38,144 bases of DNA from an uncultured Treponema sp. (lineage in GTDB: Bacteria > Spirochaetota > Spirochaetia > Treponematales > Treponemataceae): positions 1 to 38,144 of the forward strand of contig CAMKDH010000001.1 of assembly GCA_946411215.1 (NCBI GenBank), in the 5' to 3' direction. The first letter of the stretch is position 1, and the number at the start of each line of letters is the position of its first letter. The notes under the pieces were generated by a model. It made no database searches. It was given only the letters and a program-made list of their open reading frames with translations, and was not told the origin of the DNA. Shown piece after piece: positions 26,786-35,036 of this stretch. Made by a program: the position numbers and the translations under genes.

Positions 26786-29344
26786 ATGAAGAAAGCATTT
26801 GTAGAATTTATATCTATTTTTGTAGCAGGCTGTCTGTTCTTTTCTTGTAATCCTTCTACGGGAGATGATTCTGGTGAGGAGATTCAGCAGCAGCAAAAAG
26901 AACAGCAACAACAGGAAAACTCTGAAAAAACTGAGAAAGATGACAAAGATTCTGTAGAAACAGTTGATGGTGAAAACAAGCCTGATGATAAAGACGATAC
27001 AACCCCAGTTCTAAATCGTAAGATTGGTGTTACATTTAATCTTTCGGGCGCTCAGGCCCTTGCAAAATTAGAATCAGAAAATTCTCGTGCCGCTGCAAGT
27101 AGTCGTCTTGGTGATATTGTAAAAATCATGTCAGATGGCAGTATGGAAGATGCTGTCTTTGTTGAAGAGAATTGTGAATTAAGTGATATTGTTTCAATTT
27201 ATAAATCTCCTCTTAAAGATTCCGATGAAGTTTTCCTTGTTATGAGTGGGGAAAGCAAAATTGGTTATGAAGAAGTAAATAAAGAATATGATTGGGGAGG
27301 TACATACAAAGATACTCAGGATATTAGAGTAGGACAGTTACTTGCCTTACACGAAGATGGTACTATTGCTGATATTTTAAAGAAAGAAAATGCAACAGAT
27401 TCTATGAATACACATCTTTCATTAAGGACTGATAGCATAACTTTTGATGCTAAAGGAAATGTATATTTTATTTCTAGTGATAATGGCGATATGATTTATC
27501 AGTATAATCCAAAAACTGCAAAACTTACACAAATGGTTGCTGCTGTAGGAAGTACTATCTATGATAAAATGCAGATTGATGATGAAGGACTGTGGATTTT
27601 CGTTTCAGGATATCGTAGTAATTCTTATTTCTTACGTGCCATTCCTATAAATAATCCTAATAGTCCTGTGAATGTTTTCTATTCATCTGACTGGAGTATA
27701 CAATGTGATAATTGGGTATATGATAAAGGATCTGGAATATTATATTTTATTATTCATGAAAACATGAATAATCCTGATTGCTTATGTACTGCTACTAAAA
27801 AGAATGGTTTTAAAGATAAAAAATATTTGAATTATTATGTAGGTGATGGATTTGATGGTTTGAATCTATTTGACTTATATGGTTTTTATACAGGTACATA
27901 TAATTGGAGAGAAACGGTAAAGGATTCTCAAGGAAAATTTAATCCACAGATAATACTTGATAGAATAGTATCTGATCTTCCAAGTTATTGGGATTCAAGT
28001 TCTGGACAACCAAAGAGGATTACGTTGGATGAAATTGATATTCGTTTTGACAAGTATGAAAGTTTAAATGGAGAATTAAGTAAGGTAGCAAAGTTAACTA
28101 AAGGAAAGAAAAATCTTGAAGCATTTGAAGCGTTGGATACAAATGAAGGTCGAGGAGCTTTGTATGCAATTTCTTATCATAACAACGGATATTTTAATTC
28201 GATAAATACACAAGATGGTTATTCGCATAATGTTTTAGCTGATATTATTTATTTAAAGGACTCTGATGTTCTGTTAGCAGATAGTGAGGAAGAATTATTT
28301 AATTATACAGTTTCACTTGATTCTATTTATAATGAGGAAACTGGAGAATGGAGTTTTCCAACCGAGACCAGATCAGTAAAAGGTTGTGACTTGTTTGAAA
28401 AATATCAAAATGGTAATTACAAGAGTTCATGGGAATGGGTTTTAGGGGGAGAATATGTAATAGGTAATGATTATTGGCGAAATTGTTACAAATTTTCGGC
28501 TAATTATTATAATGAGGATGAGGAACTTGATGCAAGTTCAATTTTGGAAAAACTATTTAGTTATTGTAATATGGAGGGTGAAAAAGAATTTTGCTTAACA
28601 GTATTTAAAAATGATGAATCTTTTGGTTCGTTATATACAACACTTACTGATGAAGATGCAATAGAATGGATTGCATCAAATCTTGATAGAATGGATTTAT
28701 TTGTGCAGTTATTATGTGGAAATTATGAGAATATGGTTTATTCTAACTACTATAAATATTTTTACAGATATTTTATGAGTTTTCTTTCAAAAACTTGTTT
28801 TATAAAAGGTTCAAATATCAAAGCAATTAATTGGAATTGTGATAATAGTAGTTATGATGCTATTCCATATTCAAGAGAGGGTGGAGCAAGACTTAATGTC
28901 TCAGATTCTGGAATTTACTATGAATACTACAACACAACTGGAACTGACCCTTATTATTTCATTGTTCAGGTAGCCGATGCCGATGGAAAACTTGTTGAAC
29001 TTGTAAATAAGCTTCCACTTCCGTCTGGTAAGGTTGTAAAATCAGAAAAGAATAAAGACCGCATCCTTTTGCAGTACTCTATGACGAATGAAAACGGTGC
29101 AGAACTTGGTTATCATCATATCTACTCTGTAGAAATGTCAAATGGTGTCGTTACTAACTGTTTTGACAACGTACCGAACCGAGACAACCTGGAAGTATTT
29201 ACATTCAACTCCGCTGGTGACTTACTGTACTACAGTGCTGTCCGAGGAACATTGGTAGAAAACGGTATCGTAAATCTAATTACCAACGAATACAACCCTC
29301 TAGATCTCCAGCGCAAGATGGTTGCGGTTTATACGTTTAATTAG
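26786..29344 (+). CDS. Large spirochaetal-type lipoprotein of unknown function
   Basis: Signal peptide ending LFFSC (spirochaetal lipobox-like), acidic disordered tether, beta-rich N- and C-terminal regions suggestive of a propeller. Confidence 0.8.
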   Translation: MKKAFVEFISIFVAGCLFFSCNPSTGDDSGEEIQQQQKEQQQQENSEKTEKDDKDSVETVDGENKPDDKDDTTPVLNRKIGVTFNLSGAQALAKLESENSRAAASSRLGDIVKIMSDGSMEDAVFVEENCELSDIVSIYKSPLKDSDEVFLVMSGESKIGYEEVNKEYDWGGTYKDTQDIRVGQLLALHEDGTIADILKKENATDSMNTHLSLRTDSITFDAKGNVYFISSDNGDMIYQYNPKTAKLTQMVAAVGSTIYDKMQIDDEGLWIFVSGYRSNSYFLRAIPINNPNSPVNVFYSSDWSIQCDNWVYDKGSGILYFIIHENMNNPDCLCTATKKNGFKDKKYLNYYVGDGFDGLNLFDLYGFYTGTYNWRETVKDSQGKFNPQIILDRIVSDLPSYWDSSSGQPKRITLDEIDIRFDKYESLNGELSKVAKLTKGKKNLEAFEALDTNEGRGALYAISYHNNGYFNSINTQDGYSHNVLADIIYLKDSDVLLADSEEELFNYTVSLDSIYNEETGEWSFPTETRSVKGCDLFEKYQNGNYKSSWEWVLGGEYVIGNDYWRNCYKFSANYYNEDEELDASSILEKLFSYCNMEGEKEFCLTVFKNDESFGSLYTTLTDEDAIEWIASNLDRMDLFVQLLCGNYENMVYSNYYKYFYRYFMSFLSKTCFIKGSNIKAINWNCDNSSYDAIPYSREGGARLNVSDSGIYYEYYNTTGTDPYYFIVQVADADGKLVELVNKLPLPSGKVVKSEKNKDRILLQYSMTNENGAELGYHHIYSVEMSNGVVTNCFDNVPNRDNLEVFTFNSAGDLLYYSAVRGTLVENGIVNLITNEYNPLDLQRKMVAVYTFN

Positions 29345-29397
29345 CCAGTTTGCCAAAAAAATAACGCCTTCCTTACAAAAAAGCGGTATTATATTTC

Positions 29398-29427
29398 TTG
29401 ACAAAACTACTTCTATAGAAGTATATT
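29398..29427 (+). promoter_or_regulatory. Promoter with perfect 16-bp palindromic operator, apparently leaderless
   Basis: TTGACA-18 nt-TATATT-6 nt-GTG(29434); TACTTCTATAGAAGTA (29408-29423) is its own reverse complement. Confidence 0.75.
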
Positions 29428-29433
29428 TTAGTT

Positions 29434-30111
29434 GTGTCAAAGCTGATTTTATATCATGGGTCGAATAAAATTGTCTCAAATCCAGTGTATGGGGAAGGTA
29501 AAATCTATAATGATTATGGTCGGGGATTTTACTGTACTCAGAGTAATGAACTTGCAAAAGAATGGGCATGCCCGACTCTTGATGACGGTTTTTCAAATTG
29601 TTATGAGCTTGAGACAGAAGGGCTTTCTGTTTTGGATTTACAGTCCGAACAATTTTGTACGCTTCATTGGCTTGCTGTTCTGATTACAAACAGGCGTTTT
29701 GATTTTGATACTCCGGTTATGCGTCAGGGGGCAAATTATCTGAATAAAAATTTCCTTCTGCAAATTTCTGATTATGATTTAATTAAAGGGTACAGAGCAG
29801 ATGATTCATATTTTTCGTTTGCGCAGGCATTCCTTTCGAATCAGATTTCTTATGCGCAGCTGCAGTCTGCAATGAAGCTTGGAAAACTTGGTGAACAGAT
29901 TGTGCTTAAAAGTAAAAAAGCTTTTGATTTGATAGAATTTAAAAACTATGAAATTGCCCAGGGAAAAAAGTATTATAAATTACGTTTGAATCGTATGGAA
30001 AAAGCAAAGTTGGATTATAAAAAGTCTCTGGAAGAATCAGACATTTCGGGGCTTTTTATTCGCGATATGATTTTGGGAGATATTCAAAATGATGACCCGC
30101 GCTTACGATAA
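29434..30111 (+). CDS. DUF3990-like protein
   Basis: LYHGS..P..G.GK..NDYGRGFYCT...AKEWA, YDLIKGYRADDSYF and LGKLGEQ pattern recognised as DUF3990-like; GTG start. Confidence 0.75.
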   Translation: MSKLILYHGSNKIVSNPVYGEGKIYNDYGRGFYCTQSNELAKEWACPTLDDGFSNCYELETEGLSVLDLQSEQFCTLHWLAVLITNRRFDFDTPVMRQGANYLNKNFLLQISDYDLIKGYRADDSYFSFAQAFLSNQISYAQLQSAMKLGKLGEQIVLKSKKAFDLIEFKNYEIAQGKKYYKLRLNRMEKAKLDYKKSLEESDISGLFIRDMILGDIQNDDPRLR

Positions 30112-30748
30112 ATTTTTTCTTCCTGGTGTAATGAAAAATCTAGGCTTTGCAGTTGATTTTGCTGTGAATGGGTGTGGAGTTCCTGCCGACTCGTTTTATG
30201 ATTTTTTTATTGCATCAAAGGTTGCAAAAGGTATTGAAGAAGGTTCTCCTCTTTTTATTTGTGGCTGCTCAGGAACAGAGCTTGCACTTTCTGTTTTTGA
30301 ACGTGTTGGATTTTCTGGCAACCTAGCCACTGCAGATTCGTTTGTTCGTTTTGAGCGTTCTCCTGAATATTGGGCAGGCTGGATTCTGGCATATTATCAG
30401 TGGGAAACAAATCTTTCATTTTTAAAAATCAGGGATTACATTCCGTTTTCGCAAATTATAAATATGTATGAACCTCTTCACGAAGCGCCTCAAGAAAAGT
30501 TTTTGGACGTTATGAATAATCTTATAAAACAAAAAGATTTTGGAAAAAAGACAAACCTTCACAATCTTAGAAAAGCTTCAGGACTTACACAAAAAGAACT
30601 TTCGGAACTGACAGGTGTAAACCTCAGAACTTTACAGCAATATGAAATAGGTTCCAAAGACATAAATAAAGCAAGCGGTCAGACAATCAATTCATTAGCC
30701 CTTGCTTTACACTGTAATTTCTATGATATTATGGAGCTATCTTTATAA
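30089..30748 (+). CDS. XRE-family HTH domain protein with uncharacterised N-terminal domain
   Basis: C-terminal LRKASGLTQKELSELTGVNLRTLQQYEIG HTH; N-terminal EYWAGWILAYYQW motif; overlaps the upstream gene by 23 nt. Confidence 0.85.
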   Translation: MMTRAYDKFFLPGVMKNLGFAVDFAVNGCGVPADSFYDFFIASKVAKGIEEGSPLFICGCSGTELALSVFERVGFSGNLATADSFVRFERSPEYWAGWILAYYQWETNLSFLKIRDYIPFSQIINMYEPLHEAPQEKFLDVMNNLIKQKDFGKKTNLHNLRKASGLTQKELSELTGVNLRTLQQYEIGSKDINKASGQTINSLALALHCNFYDIMELSL

Positions 30749-30754
30749 TGAATT

Positions 30755-31789
30755 CTAACAATGCCAAACCGGTGTTGCCAGTTTATTGCTGAAGGGTTGT
30801 GCCCGTCTGAAATCCGGGAGCCAGCTTGTGTCGTCTGTTAGTTCCTGGTAGAAAAGATATTCAAAGTCGTAGGCTTCTATGAGGTCCTGGATGTCGGCAT
30901 CTTCTTGCGGGGTGACGAGGCGATTTTCTAAAGTGGCAAGGGCTGTACGGCGGGCAGACAAACGATCTGCTTCTTCTTCAAAAGGTACTGGTGTGTATTG
31001 ATTCATGAGCGAGATGATTGCGCGGCCGTCTGCATTTTCTTTGAGCCATTGCAGAACATCAGCGGTCTGTTCAAATTTTCCAGGCATAAAAAGATGACGT
31101 ATTATTACTCCAGACATCATTTTGTCGCGGGGTTCTCCAGGCTCTGCCCATTCTGCAGGTTTAGCATTTGGCGGTTCTGGGATGCTTACAATTTCAAGCG
31201 GATTATTTTCTATCATCCAGCGGATTGCGGCTGTTGCTGATTCTGGATAGTTAGGTGCGGCAAACAAAGATTTTGAAAGTGCAGAATCAAGTGTTTTTAA
31301 ATCAGGCAGCCAGATTGTAACGAGGCCTTTTAAAAGCTCCAGCATTTCAACTGACTCGTATGCAGAACTGTTCCAGCAAAATGGCACTGTAACTCCGCCA
31401 TCGCGCGCGGCCCTCAAAAATTCCGCAATCTTTGCAATGTGGTGACTTCCTGTTACAAGATTGATATTTTCTGCACCGGCGGCCTGCAACTTCAAGCAGA
31501 TGTCTTTGAACTCGGTGCTATCTACTGCGCGGCCCAAACCATTCTGGCTTATCTGGTAATTCTGACAAAACGCACAGCGCAAAGTGCAGCCTGTAAAAAA
31601 GATTGTTCCACTTCCGCCAAAAACTGTTACAAGGGGTTCTTCTCCAAAGTGGAGGCCTGCAAAAGCAATGCGGAGGTCTGCGGGTTCCTTGCAAAAGCCT
31701 GGCCCTTCGACAAGCTCAGGGACCACACGGTTTACTCCACACTTTCTTGGGCACTGTTTGCAATCGCGGTAAAAATCCTCGTAATTCAA
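30755..31789 (-). CDS. Radical SAM protein, PflX-like
   Basis: CKQCPRKCGVNR, HFGEEP..GSGTIFFTGCTLRCAFCQNYQIS (CxxxCxxC), NINLVT, IIRHL and SLMNQYTP; TTG start. Confidence 0.88.
   Translation of the reverse strand: MNYEDFYRDCKQCPRKCGVNRVVPELVEGPGFCKEPADLRIAFAGLHFGEEPLVTVFGGSGTIFFTGCTLRCAFCQNYQISQNGLGRAVDSTEFKDICLKLQAAGAENINLVTGSHHIAKIAEFLRAARDGGVTVPFCWNSSAYESVEMLELLKGLVTIWLPDLKTLDSALSKSLFAAPNYPESATAAIRWMIENNPLEIVSIPEPPNAKPAEWAEPGEPRDKMMSGVIIRHLFMPGKFEQTADVLQWLKENADGRAIISLMNQYTPVPFEEEADRLSARRTALATLENRLVTPQEDADIQDLIEAYDFEYLFYQELTDDTSWLPDFRRAQPFSNKLATPVWHC
31703..31726 (-). repeat. REP-like element family B, intragenic copy (encodes VVPELVEG)
   Basis: Minus strand GTGGTCCCTGAGCTTGTCGAAGGG in the loop between CGVNR and GFC. 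Confidence 0.75.
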
Positions 31790-31791
31790 AA

Positions 31792-32196
31792 TCAGTATGC
31801 TCCCTTAGAAACAAGCACCATCATAAGCTCCTGTAAAATATTTACAGGTAAATCTTCGGCTTCGTAATTTACAAGACGGCCAATTTCCTGCCAGTCTTCG
31901 TCAGAAATTAAATCCTGATCTTCGTCGCTGTTATTTAAAAAGGCCAGCATTGCGGCAAGCTTTCCTGTGTTTTCGTCGCTTGGTTCGTACATTAAATCTG
32001 TGCTGTTAAAAACATAAGTGTTTTCCCAGTATTCATAAATTGAACCAGGAAGTCCCATTGGGCAAGAAGTTGCGCGCTCAAAAAGATTTCTAATGTCATC
32101 GCGAATATCATTGTAGCCAGAAAATCCCGGCTTGTTATTGCGGGCATGTTTTTTTATTTTTTCAACATCACTTAAAAATTTTCCAATATCTGTCAT
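31792..32196 (-). CDS. Acidic hypothetical protein
   Basis: 134-aa ORF tightly packed between co-oriented genes (TAAATG junction upstream, 2-nt gap downstream). Confidence 0.75.
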   Translation of the reverse strand: MTDIGKFLSDVEKIKKHARNNKPGFSGYNDIRDDIRNLFERATSCPMGLPGSIYEYWENTYVFNSTDLMYEPSDENTGKLAAMLAFLNNSDEDQDLISDEDWQEIGRLVNYEAEDLPVNILQELMMVLVSKGAY

Positions 32197-33069
32197 TTAC
32201 AACATCCTTGTATTTTTTTTATATTCTTCAAATCCTGGTTTACGAGCCTGATGCTTGTCTGCCATTGGAATGCTTACAAAAAGGAACATGAGTGTATTTA
32301 CCAAAGCGCCTGTTAAAAGCCACCAAGTATCTCCAAGTGCAATTACGCTTGCAAGTCCAATTCCCCACCACATAAGAATTTCACATGCATAATTTGGATG
32401 GCGTGATTTTTCCCAAAGGCCTGTCTGAATAAAACCGGTGCCACCTTCGTATTTAAAACGATGCATCTGAACATCTGCGATGCCCTGAAATACTGTTGCT
32501 GTAAAACACAAAACAATAAACAAAAGGCAAACTGGTTTGAACACCGCACCCTTTGCAACAGCTGTAACAGCAGGAAGCACGCAAAGATATACTACAAAAG
32601 TTGGAAACATATGAATGCCAAGAAAATTAATTACCGGATAAGCAGGTCCTGTTTTTTCTTTGAGCATCACATAACGCCAGTCCTGATATTCAAAGCTTTT
32701 GAAATTATATGCCCAATTGCTTGTAAGTCTAAGCGCCCAGAAAAGTACTGCTGCAAAAAGAAGCCAGCCCATCAAAGTTGTGCCAGTTCCATTTTCATTC
32801 ATTTTATGAAGTGCAACAGCAAGAATAACAGGTGGCTGAACACTCCAGTAAGGATCATAAACAGAAGCATTGTGGAAAATCAAACTAAAGATGAAAACTA
32901 AAATTGTAGCGGAAATATCGGCAAGAAGAAGTGAAAGCCAGAAAGAAGACTGTCCCTCGCCGGCAGAAAATTTTCCCTCAAAAAAATCATAAGTAAAAAG
33001 GCCGCATAAAACTGCAAGAACGTAAATAAAAATAATTACAGCAAGCGCTGCATATCGGTTCTTTATCAT
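32197..33069 (-). CDS. DUF1295 family membrane protein (steroid 5-alpha-reductase-like)
   Basis: NASVYDPYWS, WALRLT, DWRY, ADVQM and GLWEKSRHPNY motifs; multi-TM. Confidence 0.88.
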   Translation of the reverse strand: MIKNRYAALAVIIFIYVLAVLCGLFTYDFFEGKFSAGEGQSSFWLSLLLADISATILVFIFSLIFHNASVYDPYWSVQPPVILAVALHKMNENGTGTTLMGWLLFAAVLFWALRLTSNWAYNFKSFEYQDWRYVMLKEKTGPAYPVINFLGIHMFPTFVVYLCVLPAVTAVAKGAVFKPVCLLFIVLCFTATVFQGIADVQMHRFKYEGGTGFIQTGLWEKSRHPNYACEILMWWGIGLASVIALGDTWWLLTGALVNTLMFLFVSIPMADKHQARKPGFEEYKKNTRML

Positions 33070-33121
33070 AGAAGTATGCTATCAGATTGAAACTTATTTT
33101 TCAATCTGATAGCATTGCTTT
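33070..33121. promoter_or_regulatory. Mirror-symmetric bidirectional promoter (17-bp perfect inverted repeat)
   Basis: ATGCTATCAGATTGAAA-N6-TTTCAATCTGATAGCAT; each strand reads TTGAAA-17 nt-TAGCAT-6 nt-ATG. Confidence 0.75.
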
Positions 33122-34009
33122 ATGTTTTCGGATACACACTTTCACTTTAAAATGATGACAGAAGAACGCGGCATAAATGGCCCTGAAACTTTGACAAGTA
33201 TGGCCACCCGCGATTGTTTTTTTGGACTTGATATTGGAACCCGCGCAGGAGACCTTCAGAGAAGGCAACTTGCCGTAGAAAAATGCATTGCAGCTATTGC
33301 CGACTCCCGCCTTGCAGATAAAGCACGAAACTTTATGTACTTTACCGCCGGAATCTGGCCTGATGTAGACAGCATAAAAGACAGAGAAAATCAGATGAAA
33401 ATTCTACGGGAATCTGTTCAGACTGCTGCAACCGACAAGGATCAGGACACTCTTCATCGTCGTGTAATTGCAATAGGTGAGTGTGGTCTGGATCATCACT
33501 GGAATCCAAGTGGTGCAGACGGCCGCTGTGAAGATGATTTTGATGAACAGCTTTATCGTGGAGAACGTGAACTTTTTGAGTCACAGATAGAACTTGCACG
33601 CGAACTTAAACTTCCTGTAATTGTTCACAGCCGCGATGCTTACGAAGACACTCTGGACTGTATTAAAAACTGTGCTTACGACAAGGGCATAATTCACTGC
33701 TACAGTTACGGCATAGAAGAAGCACGAAGCTTCCTTGATCGCGGCTGGTACATTGCCCTTGGTGGCGGCATAACTTACACGAAAAAATCAAAAGTCGAAC
33801 AGATGGAAGCCCTAATCCGCTTTATACCATCAGACAGACTTCTTACAGAAACAGACGCACCATACTTAGCCCCGGTTCCTTTCCGCGGACAAGCCAATAC
33901 CCCGGTTTTAGTTGAGCATGTATTTAATTACCTTGCAAAGGTTAGAGGACTTACGGTCGAGGCTTTAAACTCTCTTGTTGATGAAAATATAAAGAGGCTT
34001 TTTTTCTAA
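33122..34009 (+). CDS. tatD: TatD family hydrolase/nuclease
   Basis: DTHFH, AIGECGLD, PVIVHSRDA, IIHCYS and LTETDAPYLAP motifs. Confidence 0.92.
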   Translation: MFSDTHFHFKMMTEERGINGPETLTSMATRDCFFGLDIGTRAGDLQRRQLAVEKCIAAIADSRLADKARNFMYFTAGIWPDVDSIKDRENQMKILRESVQTAATDKDQDTLHRRVIAIGECGLDHHWNPSGADGRCEDDFDEQLYRGERELFESQIELARELKLPVIVHSRDAYEDTLDCIKNCAYDKGIIHCYSYGIEEARSFLDRGWYIALGGGITYTKKSKVEQMEALIRFIPSDRLLTETDAPYLAPVPFRGQANTPVLVEHVFNYLAKVRGLTVEALNSLVDENIKRLFF

Positions 34010-34036
34010 AACAGTCTGCCTTTTAAAAGTCAGAAA

Positions 34037-34630
34037 TTATTCATTTCCGGTAACTCTAGGCAAAATCATAATGCCGTGAACTGCTTCTTCACTACCTGCG
34101 GGCATGCTTACAAAGAACATTCCTGTTGCAACTGCTTTGGCCGCGGTTTTAACAGTATCCTTTGCCGCTTCTTCAGCAGATTTTTCTTCTTTTGAGTTTT
34201 CGTGGGAATCAATAAAATCCTTTATAATTTCATAGGCGCGGTCGTAATCAGAAATCAGAATAAAAACCTTTATAGAAAAACTTGAGGCACCACCCAGCGC
34301 GTTCAAAGAATACATTCTGTTTACATGTTCATTTTCTGTATAAGTTGGAATATTCTCTGCTGCAAGAAGGCTTCGCAAAAAAGAGCAGACACTAAAACTT
34401 CCAACTGCTAAAAATTGCTGGCTTTGCTCACCCTGACGTATTCGTTCAAAATATCCTTTTTCGTAAGCTTCGGCATCGGCAATAGCTTTGTTATGTTCTT
34501 CTTCATCTGTATAAAATTCCGAAAGAGCCTGACTTGAACGGATTTCTTTAATTTTGCGAACTCCTGAAATGATAAACCAGAGACACATTCCCCCAAAAAG
34601 GACGTAAATAATAACACTAATAACAACCAT
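34037..34630 (-). CDS. Hypothetical membrane-anchored protein (possible DUF2007-like domain)
   Basis: N-terminal TM; LRSLLAAENIP..ENEH..IKVFI...DYDRAYEII resembles the putative signal-transducing DUF2007 pattern. Start moved from TTG 34648 to ATG 34630 because of the promoter described next. Confidence 0.7.
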   Translation of the reverse strand: MVVISVIIYVLFGGMCLWFIISGVRKIKEIRSSQALSEFYTDEEEHNKAIADAEAYEKGYFERIRQGEQSQQFLAVGSFSVCSFLRSLLAAENIPTYTENEHVNRMYSLNALGGASSFSIKVFILISDYDRAYEIIKDFIDSHENSKEEKSAEEAAKDTVKTAAKAVATGMFFVSMPAGSEEAVHGIMILPRVTGNE

Positions 34631-34636
34631 GTCTTG

Positions 34637-34665
34637 ATTGTACTTCAAACTAATAAAAATCTCAA
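34637..34665 (-). promoter_or_regulatory. Sigma70-type promoter, apparently leaderless
   Basis: Minus strand TTGAGA-17 nt-TACAAT-6 nt-ATG(34630). Confidence 0.7.
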
Positions 34666-34740
34666 ATGAATGTTTTTATATAACCAATTTTTTATTCTTG
34701 TGATATAATTTAAAAAAACATAAATTCAGGAGAAAGTGCT

Positions 34741-35019
34741 ATGCAAACAGCAGCATTAGTTTTAGGAATTATTTCCCTCGTAATCGCCATTGGTGGTGGT
34801 GCAGCAGGATTAGGTTGGGTTGGCTCCGTTTGTGGTGTCCTTGCTATTGTTTTTGGAGCTTTGGGAATGAAAGCCGGAGGAGCTCAGAAAAAAACAGCAA
34901 AAACAGGTTTGATTCTTGGAATTATTTCTCTTTGCTGGGGAGTTATTGTTACAATTGCCTGCATTGCCTGTATTGGAACAGGAGCAGGAATAGGAGCAAG
35001 CTTAGGTCTCTTTGACTAA
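34741..35019 (+). CDS. Small hydrophobic membrane protein (DUF4190-like)
   Basis: 92 aa; ALVLGIISL..LAIVFGALG..AKTGLILGII; SD AGGAG; TGATATAAT at 34701-34709. Confidence 0.8.
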   Translation: MQTAALVLGIISLVIAIGGGAAGLGWVGSVCGVLAIVFGALGMKAGGAQKKTAKTGLILGIISLCWGVIVTIACIACIGTGAGIGASLGLFD

Positions 35020-35036
35020 TTTCAGGGAGCCGGTTT

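Noticed and set aside
25201-30748. Prophage remnant or integrative element
   Set aside because: No integrase, transposase, structural genes or flanking direct repeats were seen; only the toxin domain hints at phage-type ancestry.
3921-31726. Dispersed 18-29 bp repeats as a possible CRISPR array
   Set aside because: Copies are kilobases apart, not regularly spaced, and no cas genes are present.
33076-33115. Intrinsic terminator
   Set aside because: It lies between divergent gene starts, is AT-rich and matches promoter geometry on both strands.
34631-34648. TTG start at 34648 from the ORF track
   Set aside because: It lies inside the promoter spacer; ATG 34630 fits the -10 plus 6 nt pattern.
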